DNA of 64,000 nucleotides. Origin: Sulfuritalea sp. (GTDB lineage: Bacteria; Pseudomonadota; Gammaproteobacteria; Burkholderiales; Rhodocyclaceae). The stretch spans positions 53,600 to 117,599 of the forward strand of contig JADJFK010000014.1 in NCBI GenBank assembly GCA_016708585.1, in the 5' to 3' direction. The position numbers and the translations under genes are program-made. Below, in pieces: positions 1-7,489 of this stretch. Below the pieces are notes generated by a model. The model saw only the letters and a list, made by a program, of their open reading frames with translations, did no database searches and was not told where the DNA came from. Positions within the stretch are counted from its first letter, which is position 1, and each line of letters begins with the position of its first letter.

Positions 1-739
1 GACCACGGTGCTCGCCATCGGCAATGGCCAGGACCTGGATGTCGTGAAACTCGACACTTACGCCTACCTCGACAACGAGATCGTGGCGGTCAAGGCGATC
101 AATCTGGTGGCTGGTACGGTCACGGTGGAGCGCGGCATCCTCGACACGGTACCGGCACCGCACCTGGCCTCGGCACGCATCTGGTTTGCCGATGCGTTCG
201 AGGCACTGGTCACTGAGCAATACCTATCCGGCGAGTCGCTGCAGGTCAAGATGCTGCCGGCGACTGGCCTTGGACGGCTGGAGGAATCGGCGGCACCGAC
301 GGACAGCTACACGTTTGCGAGCCGCATGATCCGCCCCTATCCACCGGGGAACGTGAAGGTGAATAACGTGATGTGGCCGACGACGATGCTCGGCCAGATG
401 GCGCTCACCTGGGCCCATCGTGACCGGATGCAGCAGACGGTCTATCTGGTGACGCAGGCCGAGGGCAACATTGGTCCGGAGGCTGGTACCACCTACACCG
501 TTCGCATCTACAACGAGAACAACGCGCTCCAGAAATCCGTGACGGGGCTCACCACGACCGCCTGGACGTATCTCACCACGGACGAGGCGACCGATAGCGG
601 GCTGGGCCGCATCAACGGCAAGTTCAAGGTCGAGATCGAAGCCGTGCGCGCCGGCTACACCAGTTGGCAGAAGCAGACCCGCAGCGTCGACCGCGCAGGG
701 TACGGCCTGAACTATGGCAAATACTACGGAGGCATCTAA
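1..739 (+). CDS. Phage tail / host-specificity-like protein, C-terminal part (N-terminus outside window)
   Basis: ORF track 8..739. The frame stays open back to nt 2. It lies directly upstream of DUF2793-like, holin and GH24 lysozyme genes, which is the tail-end/lysis order. Family call rests on context and recollection only. Confidence 0.5.
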   Translation, partial: TTVLAIGNGQDLDVVKLDTYAYLDNEIVAVKAINLVAGTVTVERGILDTVPAPHLASARIWFADAFEALVTEQYLSGESLQVKMLPATGLGRLEESAAPTDSYTFASRMIRPYPPGNVKVNNVMWPTTMLGQMALTWAHRDRMQQTVYLVTQAEGNIGPEAGTTYTVRIYNENNALQKSVTGLTTTAWTYLTTDEATDSGLGRINGKFKVEIEAVRAGYTSWQKQTRSVDRAGYGLNYGKYYGGI

Positions 740-1089
740 TGGCAAGCACTGATCCCAATCTTGGACTCACCTACGGCTGGACGCTGGGCGAGTCGGGCTG
801 GAACACCAGCATGGACGCCAACCTGAAACGGCTTGGCGCGGTGGTCGGACTCTCGGTCAAGGATCGGGATCTAACCACGCCGCCGGCAAGCCCCGTCGAC
901 GGTGACCGCTACATCATTCCTGCCGCTGCTACCGGCGTCTGGGCCGGCAAGACCAATCAGATTGCAGTCCGCGTGGCGAGCACCTGGGAGTACTACACGC
1001 CCAAGGTCGGCTGGCTCTGCTACATCGATGACGAGGCCGTGCTCTCGGCCTACAAGTCGGCGGGCTGGAGTGCCGGCATCGCCATCTGA
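739..1089 (+). CDS. DUF2793-like phage protein
   Basis: The ATG at 739 overlaps the upstream TAA (TAATG). 116 aa. The motif TPPASPVDGDRYIIPAAATGVWAGK resembles DUF2793 phage/GTA-associated proteins as I recall them. Confidence 0.55.
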   Translation: MASTDPNLGLTYGWTLGESGWNTSMDANLKRLGAVVGLSVKDRDLTTPPASPVDGDRYIIPAAATGVWAGKTNQIAVRVASTWEYYTPKVGWLCYIDDEAVLSAYKSAGWSAGIAI

Positions 1090-1109
1090 CGCCAGATCAC
1101 CAACCCCAT

Positions 1110-1134
1110 GAAACCCGCCTTTGATGCGGGTTTC
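1110..1134 (+). terminator. Hairpin, candidate intrinsic terminator
   Basis: GAAACCCGC-ctttgat-GCGGGTTTC lies 21 nt after the stop at 1089 and is followed by gcaTTTcT. The T-tract is weak. Confidence 0.4.
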
Positions 1135-1155
1135 GCATTTCTGGAGGATGAAAAC

Positions 1156-1449
1156 ATGGATGCAACTCAAGTGGAGCGCCGAAAGATGGTGACGCTGCCG
1201 CAAGAGGAGTTCGAGGAGATTCTGGAGCGCGCCGCCGAGCGAGGAGCCCGACATGCGCTGCACGGGGTCGGGCTCGATGGCGAGGATGCTGCGCACGATA
1301 TCCGTGAGTTGCGCAACTTGCTCGATGCCTTCAACGAGGCCAAGAAAACCGCCGGTCTCACCATCGTGAAAATGTTGGTCACCGGTCTGGTGATGGCGTT
1401 GTTGGCTGGTGCGTTCGTAAAACTCAAACTGTTCGGAGGTGCGCAATGA
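1156..1449 (+). CDS. Phage membrane protein (C-terminal TM helix), lysis-module associated
   Basis: ATG 1156 is preceded by GGAGGA with a 7-nt spacer and lies after the hairpin, whereas the upstream ATG at 1108 sits inside the hairpin. C-terminal TM segment IVKMLVTGLVMALLAGAFV. The stop overlaps the next start (ATGA). Confidence 0.55.
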   Translation: MDATQVERRKMVTLPQEEFEEILERAAERGARHALHGVGLDGEDAAHDIRELRNLLDAFNEAKKTAGLTIVKMLVTGLVMALLAGAFVKLKLFGGAQ

Positions 1450-1922
1450 TCGAAACGCTACTGGGCGGGCTACTCGGCGGACTCTTTCGCATGGCGCCAG
1501 AGGTTCTGAAATGGCTGGACCGCAGGGGCGAGCGCGGGCACGAACTGGCAATGCAGGACAAGGCGCTGGATTTCGAGAAGTTGCGCGGCGCACAGCGCAT
1601 GGCCGAGATCGGCGCCAGTGCGGACGCCGCCTGGAATACCGGGGCCATCGAGGCGTTGCGCGAGGCGGTCGCGGCGCAGGGGCAGCGTTCCGGCGTGCGC
1701 TGGGCCGATGCCTTGTCGATCAGCGTGCGGCCGGTGATCACCTATTGGTTCATGGCCCTGTACTGCGCGGCCAAATTGGCAGCCTTCGCAGCTGCTTTGA
1801 CCGCCGGAGCAGGGTGGGGCGTGGCCATCCTGCACGCGTGGACGGCGGCGGATCAGGCGCTATGGGCCGGGGTACTGAACTTTTGGTTCTTGGGGCGGGT
1901 GTTTGACCGGGTGCGGCCGTGA
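1446..1922 (+). CDS. Putative holin (3-TM, phage/GTA holin-like)
   Basis: 158 aa with an N-terminal LLGGLLGGLF motif and a hydrophobic C-terminal half. It is translationally coupled between the membrane protein and the lysozyme. Confidence 0.5.
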   Translation: MIETLLGGLLGGLFRMAPEVLKWLDRRGERGHELAMQDKALDFEKLRGAQRMAEIGASADAAWNTGAIEALREAVAAQGQRSGVRWADALSISVRPVITYWFMALYCAAKLAAFAAALTAGAGWGVAILHAWTAADQALWAGVLNFWFLGRVFDRVRP

Positions 1923-2380
1923 TCGAGGTGCCGCAGTCCGCAATTAAACTGGCCAAGCGGTTCGAGGGGTTTCATCGGGTGCCGAAGCTCGATCCCGGCC
2001 ACGCGCATCCGTATCTCTGTCCGGCGGGGTACTGGACGATTGGATTCGGACATCTTTGCCAGCCCGAGCACTCACCCATTACCGAGGAGGAGGGGGAGTC
2101 GTATCTGGCGCAGGATCTGCAGACGGCGCTCCGGGCGACATTGCGGTATTGCCCGGTACTGGCGACAGAAGCTGACGGGCGGCTTGCGGCGATCGTTGAT
2201 TTCACGTTCAACCTCGGTGCAGGACGGTTACAGACCTCGACATTGAGGCGGCGGATCAATCAGCGGGACTGGCAGGTGGCCGCATTTGAGCTCGGGCGGT
2301 GGGTGCGTGGCGGTGGCCGTGTGCTACCGGGACTGGTGGCTCGACGTCAGGCCGAAGTCGCCATGCTTGTCGGGTTATAG
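1919..2380 (+). CDS. GH24 phage lysozyme (endolysin)
   Basis: GTG 1919 overlaps the upstream TGA. Motifs KRFEGF, YLCPAGYWTIGFGH and FTFNLGAG are typical of glycoside hydrolase family 24 muramidases. Confidence 0.85.
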   Translation: MIEVPQSAIKLAKRFEGFHRVPKLDPGHAHPYLCPAGYWTIGFGHLCQPEHSPITEEEGESYLAQDLQTALRATLRYCPVLATEADGRLAAIVDFTFNLGAGRLQTSTLRRRINQRDWQVAAFELGRWVRGGGRVLPGLVARRQAEVAMLVGL

Positions 2381-2387
2381 TTTCGCC

Positions 2388-2903
2388 ATGAAGATCTATC
2401 TCGCCGGCCCTGATATCTTTAGACCCGATGTCCAAGACTGGATTGCGAGCGCCCGGGAACTCTGCCGCCAACATGGCTTTGAGGCGCTGACTCCGTTCGA
2501 TCATGGTGAAACCGAGCCCAGGAAAATTCTCGACGGCAACCTAGAACTGATCCGCAAGGCGCAGATCGTGGTCGCCAACCTGAATCCGTTTCGCGGATTC
2601 GAACCTGACTCAGGGACTGCATTCGAATTAGGCTATGCCCTGGCCCTCGGTAAGAAACTGAGGGCTTACATCGACTCAGCCGAGCCGTTGCTTGAGCGCA
2701 TTCGTCGTATCGAAGCGTTGTCGGAAGATGCCAAACGTGACAGCCAAGGCATGGCAATCGAGGATTTCGGTCTGCCGCTCAATCTCATGCTCGCCCTGAC
2801 CGCACAGTTGGTGGAGGGTGATTTGGCGGCGTGTATCGCAGCAATACGACCGCGAGCAAAGACACTACCACAGGCGGCTGCGGCCCTGGCAACCCAGGAA
2901 TAG
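2388..2903 (+). CDS. Nucleoside 2-deoxyribosyltransferase family protein
   Basis: MKIYLAGPDIF N-terminus and DSGTAFELGYA motif (catalytic Glu context) as in PF05014. The start is 7 nt after the lysozyme stop. Confidence 0.75.
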   Translation: MKIYLAGPDIFRPDVQDWIASARELCRQHGFEALTPFDHGETEPRKILDGNLELIRKAQIVVANLNPFRGFEPDSGTAFELGYALALGKKLRAYIDSAEPLLERIRRIEALSEDAKRDSQGMAIEDFGLPLNLMLALTAQLVEGDLAACIAAIRPRAKTLPQAAAALATQE

Positions 2904-2913
2904 AGAATGCCGC

Positions 2914-3114
2914 TCAGGCGGCTTCGAGTTCGAGTGCTTCGATTTGCGTGGTGGCCTCGTAGAGCATACGGACGGCCCCATCACCTTGTCGGACATGCGC
3001 CCAATGGCTCTGTCCGGCTGCAAAAATCTTGATGATCTGGCCACCGCCTGTCAGTGCGCCTTCCGACGTCATGACCCGAAACCGGACATGGTCGTTGATA
3101 CGAAACTGCGGCAT
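2914..3114 (-). CDS. Hypothetical small protein (66 aa)
   Basis: A strong SD (AAGGAGGAAGC) lies immediately before the ATG. No family recognised. Confidence 0.5.
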   Translation of the reverse strand: MPQFRINDHVRFRVMTSEGALTGGGQIIKIFAAGQSHWAHVRQGDGAVRMLYEATTQIEALELEAA

Positions 3115-3230
3115 GCTTCCTCCTTGCGGCGAGTAATACCCAGCTATTATTCGCCGAGGTCAGGCAGGAATGCGCAGCAAATAGCCGGCTGAATCGGGGT
3201 GTATTTCGGGTTAAGCCGGAACCGTCTCAG

Positions 3231-3485
3231 CTTGAACCTGCGATCCCAATCTCTCAGCAATGAGGTCGGTATGCTGCGATTCAACAGCGATTCATTCAGC
3301 CACCTCAACAAAACCCCATAGTCAAAAGAATGCTGACGGAAGCGTAATTTCCTGGTCACCTTCCTGTTGGTATCGGGCTCCTAAGATGGCATCACCGTCG
3401 GACGAGACATACCCGATGGAATCAACCCACCTCACAAGGAGAAGACCATGAAAACGAAATTTTCCCAACTTGCCTTGATCGCTGC
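3231..3485. repeat. Copy A of a ~255-bp inverted duplication (promoter/leader plus first signal-peptide codons)
   Basis: The reverse complement aligns with 48829..49083 at roughly 90 percent identity by eye. Similarity stops abruptly at CTTGAACCTG (3231) and fades about 35 nt into the coding region. Confidence 0.8.
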
Positions 3486-3837
3486 GATCGGCCTCGCTAC
3501 CGCTGGAACGAGCTACGCTCACGAAGATTATTCCGAAGCCGGCACCTACCATTGGCTGAGCCACGTTTCGGAAAGCCAGGGCGCTCCGACGGCCAATCAA
3601 CTGGCACCGTTCGGCTACGCCGCCACGAAAAATGCCGACCGCGAGGTCAGCCTGCCCGGCGGCAGCAAGTATCTGTACGTGACTCGACTGGAAACCGTCA
3701 AGATCAATGTCGGTGGCAAGAGCGTCGTCTGGACCTTCGATACACTCGGTGCCGCACCGTTTCCGCTCTCCAAGATCGTACCGGGAGCCGACGGCATCAC
3801 CGTTTATGTGACTGAGAACCCCGCCTCCCTGGGCTGA
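3448..3837 (+). CDS. CzcE-like periplasmic metal-binding protein
   Basis: Signal peptide MKTKFSQLALIAAIGLATAGTSYA. The mature part (KYLYVTRLETVKINVGGKSVVWTFDTL ... ITVYVTENP) resembles the CzcE family as I recall it. SD AAGGAGAAG. Confidence 0.6.
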   Translation: MKTKFSQLALIAAIGLATAGTSYAHEDYSEAGTYHWLSHVSESQGAPTANQLAPFGYAATKNADREVSLPGGSKYLYVTRLETVKINVGGKSVVWTFDTLGAAPFPLSKIVPGADGITVYVTENPASLG

Positions 3838-3942
3838 ACAACCTGACTGCGGGGTGACGGAATTGTCACCCGGCAGAAGAGGAGCTGTCAGGATCAACAC
3901 CCTAGTATTCACAATGCAGTACAACTTCTTTAGGAGATTGAA

Positions 3943-4230
3943 ATGATGAAAAAAATGCTGATGGTTGCCCTGATGAGCGCGGTCTCGGTGACTGCCTTCG
4001 CATTCGATGCGGCTCGTGAAGCGGCAAAGCAGGTCGTTGAGTTGAAGGATGGCTCGACGGTCTACATCTTCAAGGATGGGAAAATGGGCATGGAAGACAA
4101 GTACGGTCGTCCCACCCGCATGAAGAAGGACACCGTGATGGAAACCAAGGATGGCCAGAAGATCATCATGCACGGCGACGAAGTCATGCGCCTCGACGGC
4201 CTGTTGAAGCAAGGTCACCAGGGTGGTTGA
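3943..4230 (+). CDS. copK: CopK periplasmic copper-binding protein
   Basis: The mature sequence KDGSTVYIFKDGKMGMEDKYGRPTRMKKDTVMETKDGQKIIMHGDEVMRLDGLLKQGHQGG closely matches Cupriavidus CopK, including Met26/28/38/44/54 and His70 positions. Confidence 0.85.
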   Translation: MMKKMLMVALMSAVSVTAFAFDAAREAAKQVVELKDGSTVYIFKDGKMGMEDKYGRPTRMKKDTVMETKDGQKIIMHGDEVMRLDGLLKQGHQGG

Positions 4231-4239
4231 TTTCCCATG

Positions 4240-5547
4240 TCACCTGAATGCGGCGGCTCCTTCGGGGGCCGTTTTCATTTTGAAGCACCGTTCAAGCATC
4301 ACCTTCAATTCCAGTATCCATTGGGCGTGATCTCTGGACAGGCCTTGCTCGTATAGCATCGGAGCAATCTGTCGGAAGACGGCATAGATCGCCGGGTCGA
4401 AATGCTGCCCAGCTTCCCGTTCCATGATGCGCAGCGTCTCGTCCAATGACAAAGCCGGTTTGTAGGGACGAACGGAGGTCAATGCATCGAACACGTCGAC
4501 CAGGGCAAAGATTCTTGCGGCAAGCGGGATCGCCTCTCCCGAAAGTCCGTCTGGATAGCCTTTCCCGTCAAAGCGTTCGTGATGATGCCGGATGGTCTTC
4601 TCGGCACCGCCCAGCCAGGGATTGCCAGCGACAATCTCGATGCCCAGCACTGCGTGGGTCTGCATGACCTGGAGTTCTTCGCTGGTCAGCCGTCCCGGTT
4701 TCAGCAAAATTTGGTCCGGAATACCGATTTTTCCAACGTCGTGGAGAAAGGCGCCCAGCACCAGTTCGGTAACGGTTTCCTTGTCGACGCCCACCGCTTC
4801 GGCAAGTGAGACCGCATAGCAGGTAACCCGGTAGTTATGGGCGTCTGTGTCCGCGTCACGCTTGGCGATGGCATTTCCGAGAGATCGCAGCAGTGAGAGA
4901 TTGGAGTCCAGGAGTCGAGACGACAATGCCACCGTACGCCCCAGCAATCCTGACATCAGTGGATAGAGCAGCAGTGCCGCGGCGAGTACCGAAATCGTGG
5001 CTGTTAGCGCAGCCCCACGAGTCCGAAGTTTTCTCTCATGCAAGGCTGATTGGGAAACCAGGCTGATCCCCTCAACATAGCCCACAAGACGGCCATCATT
5101 CGTGGTCATCGGCAGAATGACCTGGACCAGTTCTTCTCCTGCCACGGAGATTCGCTTGCTATGGCTATTGGGCGGGATTGGCCATCGATGGCGCTGTTGT
5201 CGGGCAAACTCTTTCAATGTTTCGGGCAGTGGTCGCCAGACATCGAACAGCATCTCGGCGTTGGGTGCAAAAACTCGAATCCCGACAAACTCGTCGGTCA
5301 GCAACTGCGAAATCGCGGAATGACCATCTCCTTCCTCACCGTTGACCGCCAACTGCATCGCAGGCGACTCGAAATGCCTGACCCCCGTAATGGCGCGCTC
5401 AAGAGTACGCTGCTCGACGCGATACGATTCGACCCAGTAGGCAAGACCTCCCGCGAGACTGCCAACCAGAAGCGCACCGATGCCAAAGCGTCGTGCCAAC
5501 ATGTGGCGCAATTGCCGGGGAGTTTCAGGAAGCTCGAAGGTTCTCAT
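4240..5547 (-). CDS. Membrane-bound HD-GYP domain protein (putative c-di-GMP phosphodiesterase) with periplasmic sensor region
   Basis: Motifs HDVGKIGIP and HHERFDGKGYPDGL. Two TM segments (aa ~21-39 and ~178-202) flank about 138 aa. Confidence 0.85.
   Translation of the reverse strand: MRTFELPETPRQLRHMLARRFGIGALLVGSLAGGLAYWVESYRVEQRTLERAITGVRHFESPAMQLAVNGEEGDGHSAISQLLTDEFVGIRVFAPNAEMLFDVWRPLPETLKEFARQQRHRWPIPPNSHSKRISVAGEELVQVILPMTTNDGRLVGYVEGISLVSQSALHERKLRTRGAALTATISVLAAALLLYPLMSGLLGRTVALSSRLLDSNLSLLRSLGNAIAKRDADTDAHNYRVTCYAVSLAEAVGVDKETVTELVLGAFLHDVGKIGIPDQILLKPGRLTSEELQVMQTHAVLGIEIVAGNPWLGGAEKTIRHHHERFDGKGYPDGLSGEAIPLAARIFALVDVFDALTSVRPYKPALSLDETLRIMEREAGQHFDPAIYAVFRQIAPMLYEQGLSRDHAQWILELKVMLERCFKMKTAPEGAAAFR
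4254..4280 (+). terminator. Intrinsic terminator for copK (overlaps the 3' end of the convergent HD-GYP gene)
   Basis: A 7-bp GC-rich stem (cggctcc/ggggccg, loop ttcg) is followed by TTTTCATTTT. Confidence 0.5.
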
Positions 5548-6182
5548 CTCAAATTCTGCATAAGTTCCATGAAGTGTTTGAAATGCCCGCTGACGCGATC
5601 CAGGGAAAATTGGTACATCAGCGAATTTTCAGAAAATTTCTGTCGCTCGGCATCTATATCCACCGTATGGCCATCGGCTGCGGCTTGATACGGCACATGG
5701 TGCTTCAGCGGGAATGATGGTGCCTGCGTTCCCCTTGACAGATAGCCATTAGCGGTAGTTGCCAACGATAGCAATGCCGCCGCGCTCTTGACGACTTGGG
5801 CGGCCTCATTGATGTCGATATCGACCGCCTTGTAGCCAGGCATATCGGCATTGGCGATATTCAAGGCCAGAAGTTGCTGCCGATACGCTCGAACCCCAAG
5901 CATTTTCTGCTGAAAATCATGGCCGGCATGACCACCTTGCCCGATTGAGAGGTGGTTGGGATGGGCGGATGACGCGCTGGAGGCCGTCCCGGCAACTTGT
6001 CCGCCGTGAGCGGCGTGGCTGCCTTCGGGACTATTGGCCTTTTGAGCAATCGCCTGATTCAATGCTTGGAAAAATGCCCCGTTGTCGGCGTTGACCGGCG
6101 CCCCTCCATGCCCCTCATGACCGCCTTCAACTGAAGATAAAGGGGTGTTGGCAGCTGGGGAAATGGACGGAACTCCTGCCAT
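5544..6182 (-). CDS. FlgB-like flagellar rod-family protein with 93-aa His/Gly-rich N-terminal extension
   Basis: Residues 94-212 match FlgB hallmarks (LLALNIANADMPGYKAVDIDI; DGHTVDIDAERQKFSENSLMYQFSL). The stop overlaps the HD-GYP start. An alternative start is Met94 at 5903. Neither start has a clear SD. Confidence 0.75.
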   Translation of the reverse strand: MAGVPSISPAANTPLSSVEGGHEGHGGAPVNADNGAFFQALNQAIAQKANSPEGSHAAHGGQVAGTASSASSAHPNHLSIGQGGHAGHDFQQKMLGVRAYRQQLLALNIANADMPGYKAVDIDINEAAQVVKSAAALLSLATTANGYLSRGTQAPSFPLKHHVPYQAAADGHTVDIDAERQKFSENSLMYQFSLDRVSGHFKHFMELMQNLR

Positions 6183-6190
6183 GACGGCGA

Positions 6191-6433
6191 CTACGCGTTC
6201 ATGATCAGGATGGCCTTCACTGGATCAATTTTGCCGACGTCATGCCATTTAAATTCGTTGTCCGCAGCAACTGGCGCAGCTAGGCAACCGTGATTGCATT
6301 CGACAATCCAATGCTTCCGGAGCACTGTCCGGCAGTAGTTGTAGCTCAGCATCTTCGGGTCACAGCCAACCGCGAGCGCTAGTGTGCGACACACACATCG
6401 ATCGCCGTGCTCTGCCGGTTTGCGGATGTCCAT
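6191..6433 (-). CDS. Hypothetical Cys-rich small protein (80 aa)
   Basis: MDIRKPAEHGDRCVCRTLALAVGCDPK... contains 6 Cys. The ORF ends 8 nt before the FlgB-like start. No SD and no family recognised, and the longer 6191..6685 version overlaps the neighbouring gene. Confidence 0.35.
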   Translation of the reverse strand: MDIRKPAEHGDRCVCRTLALAVGCDPKMLSYNYCRTVLRKHWIVECNHGCLAAPVAADNEFKWHDVGKIDPVKAILIMNA

Positions 6434-6491
6434 GGCTGAAATGATGAGGCCCCGATTTCGCGGCCCCGATTTCGGGGCCTTTACTGGACGC

Positions 6492-6740
6492 TTACTTTCC
6501 ATCTCGCGGATGGTAGTGCCTGCTCCTGTCGGTGGCTGGGTTGGGCTTAACGGCCTTCGGGTCCGGCATGCTTTGCGGGATACCGGTCTTCTCCTGAACA
6601 TGAGAGTGCGGCCTGGCAGCCGCGTTGTCAGTCTGTGCTTCGGCAGCTTTCGGGGCTGTGGCCTTGTCATCAGCGTAGACGACACCCGCCGTGGCTGCTC
6701 CAGCGAACAGAACGGCGGCGATGAGGGAAGAGGTTTTCAT
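6492..6740 (-). CDS. Small secreted His-containing protein (82 aa)
   Basis: ATG 6740 with AGGAG 8 nt upstream. Signal peptide MKTSSLIAAVLFAGAATAGVVYA. The mature part is low-complexity with HSH and HYH. Confidence 0.6.
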   Translation of the reverse strand: MKTSSLIAAVLFAGAATAGVVYADDKATAPKAAEAQTDNAAARPHSHVQEKTGIPQSMPDPKAVKPNPATDRSRHYHPRDGK

Positions 6741-6834
6741 GATCGTGGCTCCTGAGTTTGGGGATTTCAACGGGCCGAATCGAGTGGACAGTTGCAGTTT
6801 GTGCTTCCGTCACTGTCAACAAGGTGACTTGCCG

Positions 6835-6850
6835 ATTACATTTCGTTGCT
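6835..6850. promoter_or_regulatory. Candidate response-regulator half-box (GATTACATTT family)
   Basis: ATTACATTTCGTTGCT lies 95 nt upstream of the 6740 start. It is adjacent to a TTGACA on the minus strand. Confidence 0.3.
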
Positions 6851-7078
6851 GTCAGGAAGCGCGGCTGAATGCGGATTCACCAAATGCCCGACTGCCTCCG
6901 CAAGCGCATCAGGCAATTGCCATTCGCAACACCCCATCAGAATTCCGTCCCCAACGCATCCTGGGCCACCTGGCGAAGTTCATCCAGGTTCTCGTTGAGC
7001 ACCTTGATTTTTCCGTACAGGCAATGAGCTTCCCGGATGAGTCTTGCCAACGCACCGGCCTTGACGACATCATCAAGT

Positions 7079-7381
7079 TCACTTTGCCGAATGTCGGGCC
7101 AGCGTCTGCAAAACTTGGTGCTGGTATTCCAAACTGTCGAGGGTGCATGCCTTCCAATACTCGATGGATGAAAAGCCGACGGCAGCCCACCATGCCCCTG
7201 TTTGCCCAGGCTCACCCAGAGAAAACGACGGTGTTCGCTCAAGGAGTTCCTTGAGCGGGGAAAACTGCGTGGAAACCATATTTTCCAGACAGTCGAGATT
7301 CACGCCAACCAACCGGGCGACCAAATCCAAATGGAGGTCGGGGGGTGCATTGAAGATAGCGAACGAATTGTGTGCGGACAT
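7079..7381 (-). CDS. Phasin-like hypothetical protein, possibly frameshifted (C-terminal part may continue to 6937 in another frame)
   Basis: SD GGGAGAG lies 4 nt before the ATG. The N-terminus FAIFNAPPDLHLDLVARLVGVNLDCLENMV has phasin-like periodicity. ORF 6937..7242 encodes a helical C-terminus (LYGKIKVLNENLDELRQVAQDAL). Confidence 0.4.
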   Translation of the reverse strand: MSAHNSFAIFNAPPDLHLDLVARLVGVNLDCLENMVSTQFSPLKELLERTPSFSLGEPGQTGAWWAAVGFSSIEYWKACTLDSLEYQHQVLQTLARHSAK

Positions 7382-7489
7382 GATTCTCTCCCTGCGGCAC
7401 GATCAAGGCCCATTGCCTTGTAGGGAGAGTTTGCCGGTGGGTGGTTGTCGCACCCATAACGGGTGCATTACAACCCAATCACCACTGCG

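Noticed and set aside
3147-3359. 70-aa ORF MTRKLRFRQHSF..., with a similar ORF at 48955..49278
   Set aside because: The similarity is explained by the duplicated promoter region. Both start with GTG, and differences between the copies are spread over all codon positions. Similarity ends abruptly mid-ORF at the repeat boundary, so this is conserved regulatory DNA rather than a gene.
6191-6685. 164-aa version of the Cys-rich ORF
   Set aside because: The upstream 84 codons overlap the well-supported secreted-protein gene in another frame and are Arg/Pro-rich. Only the 80-aa distal part was kept, at low confidence.
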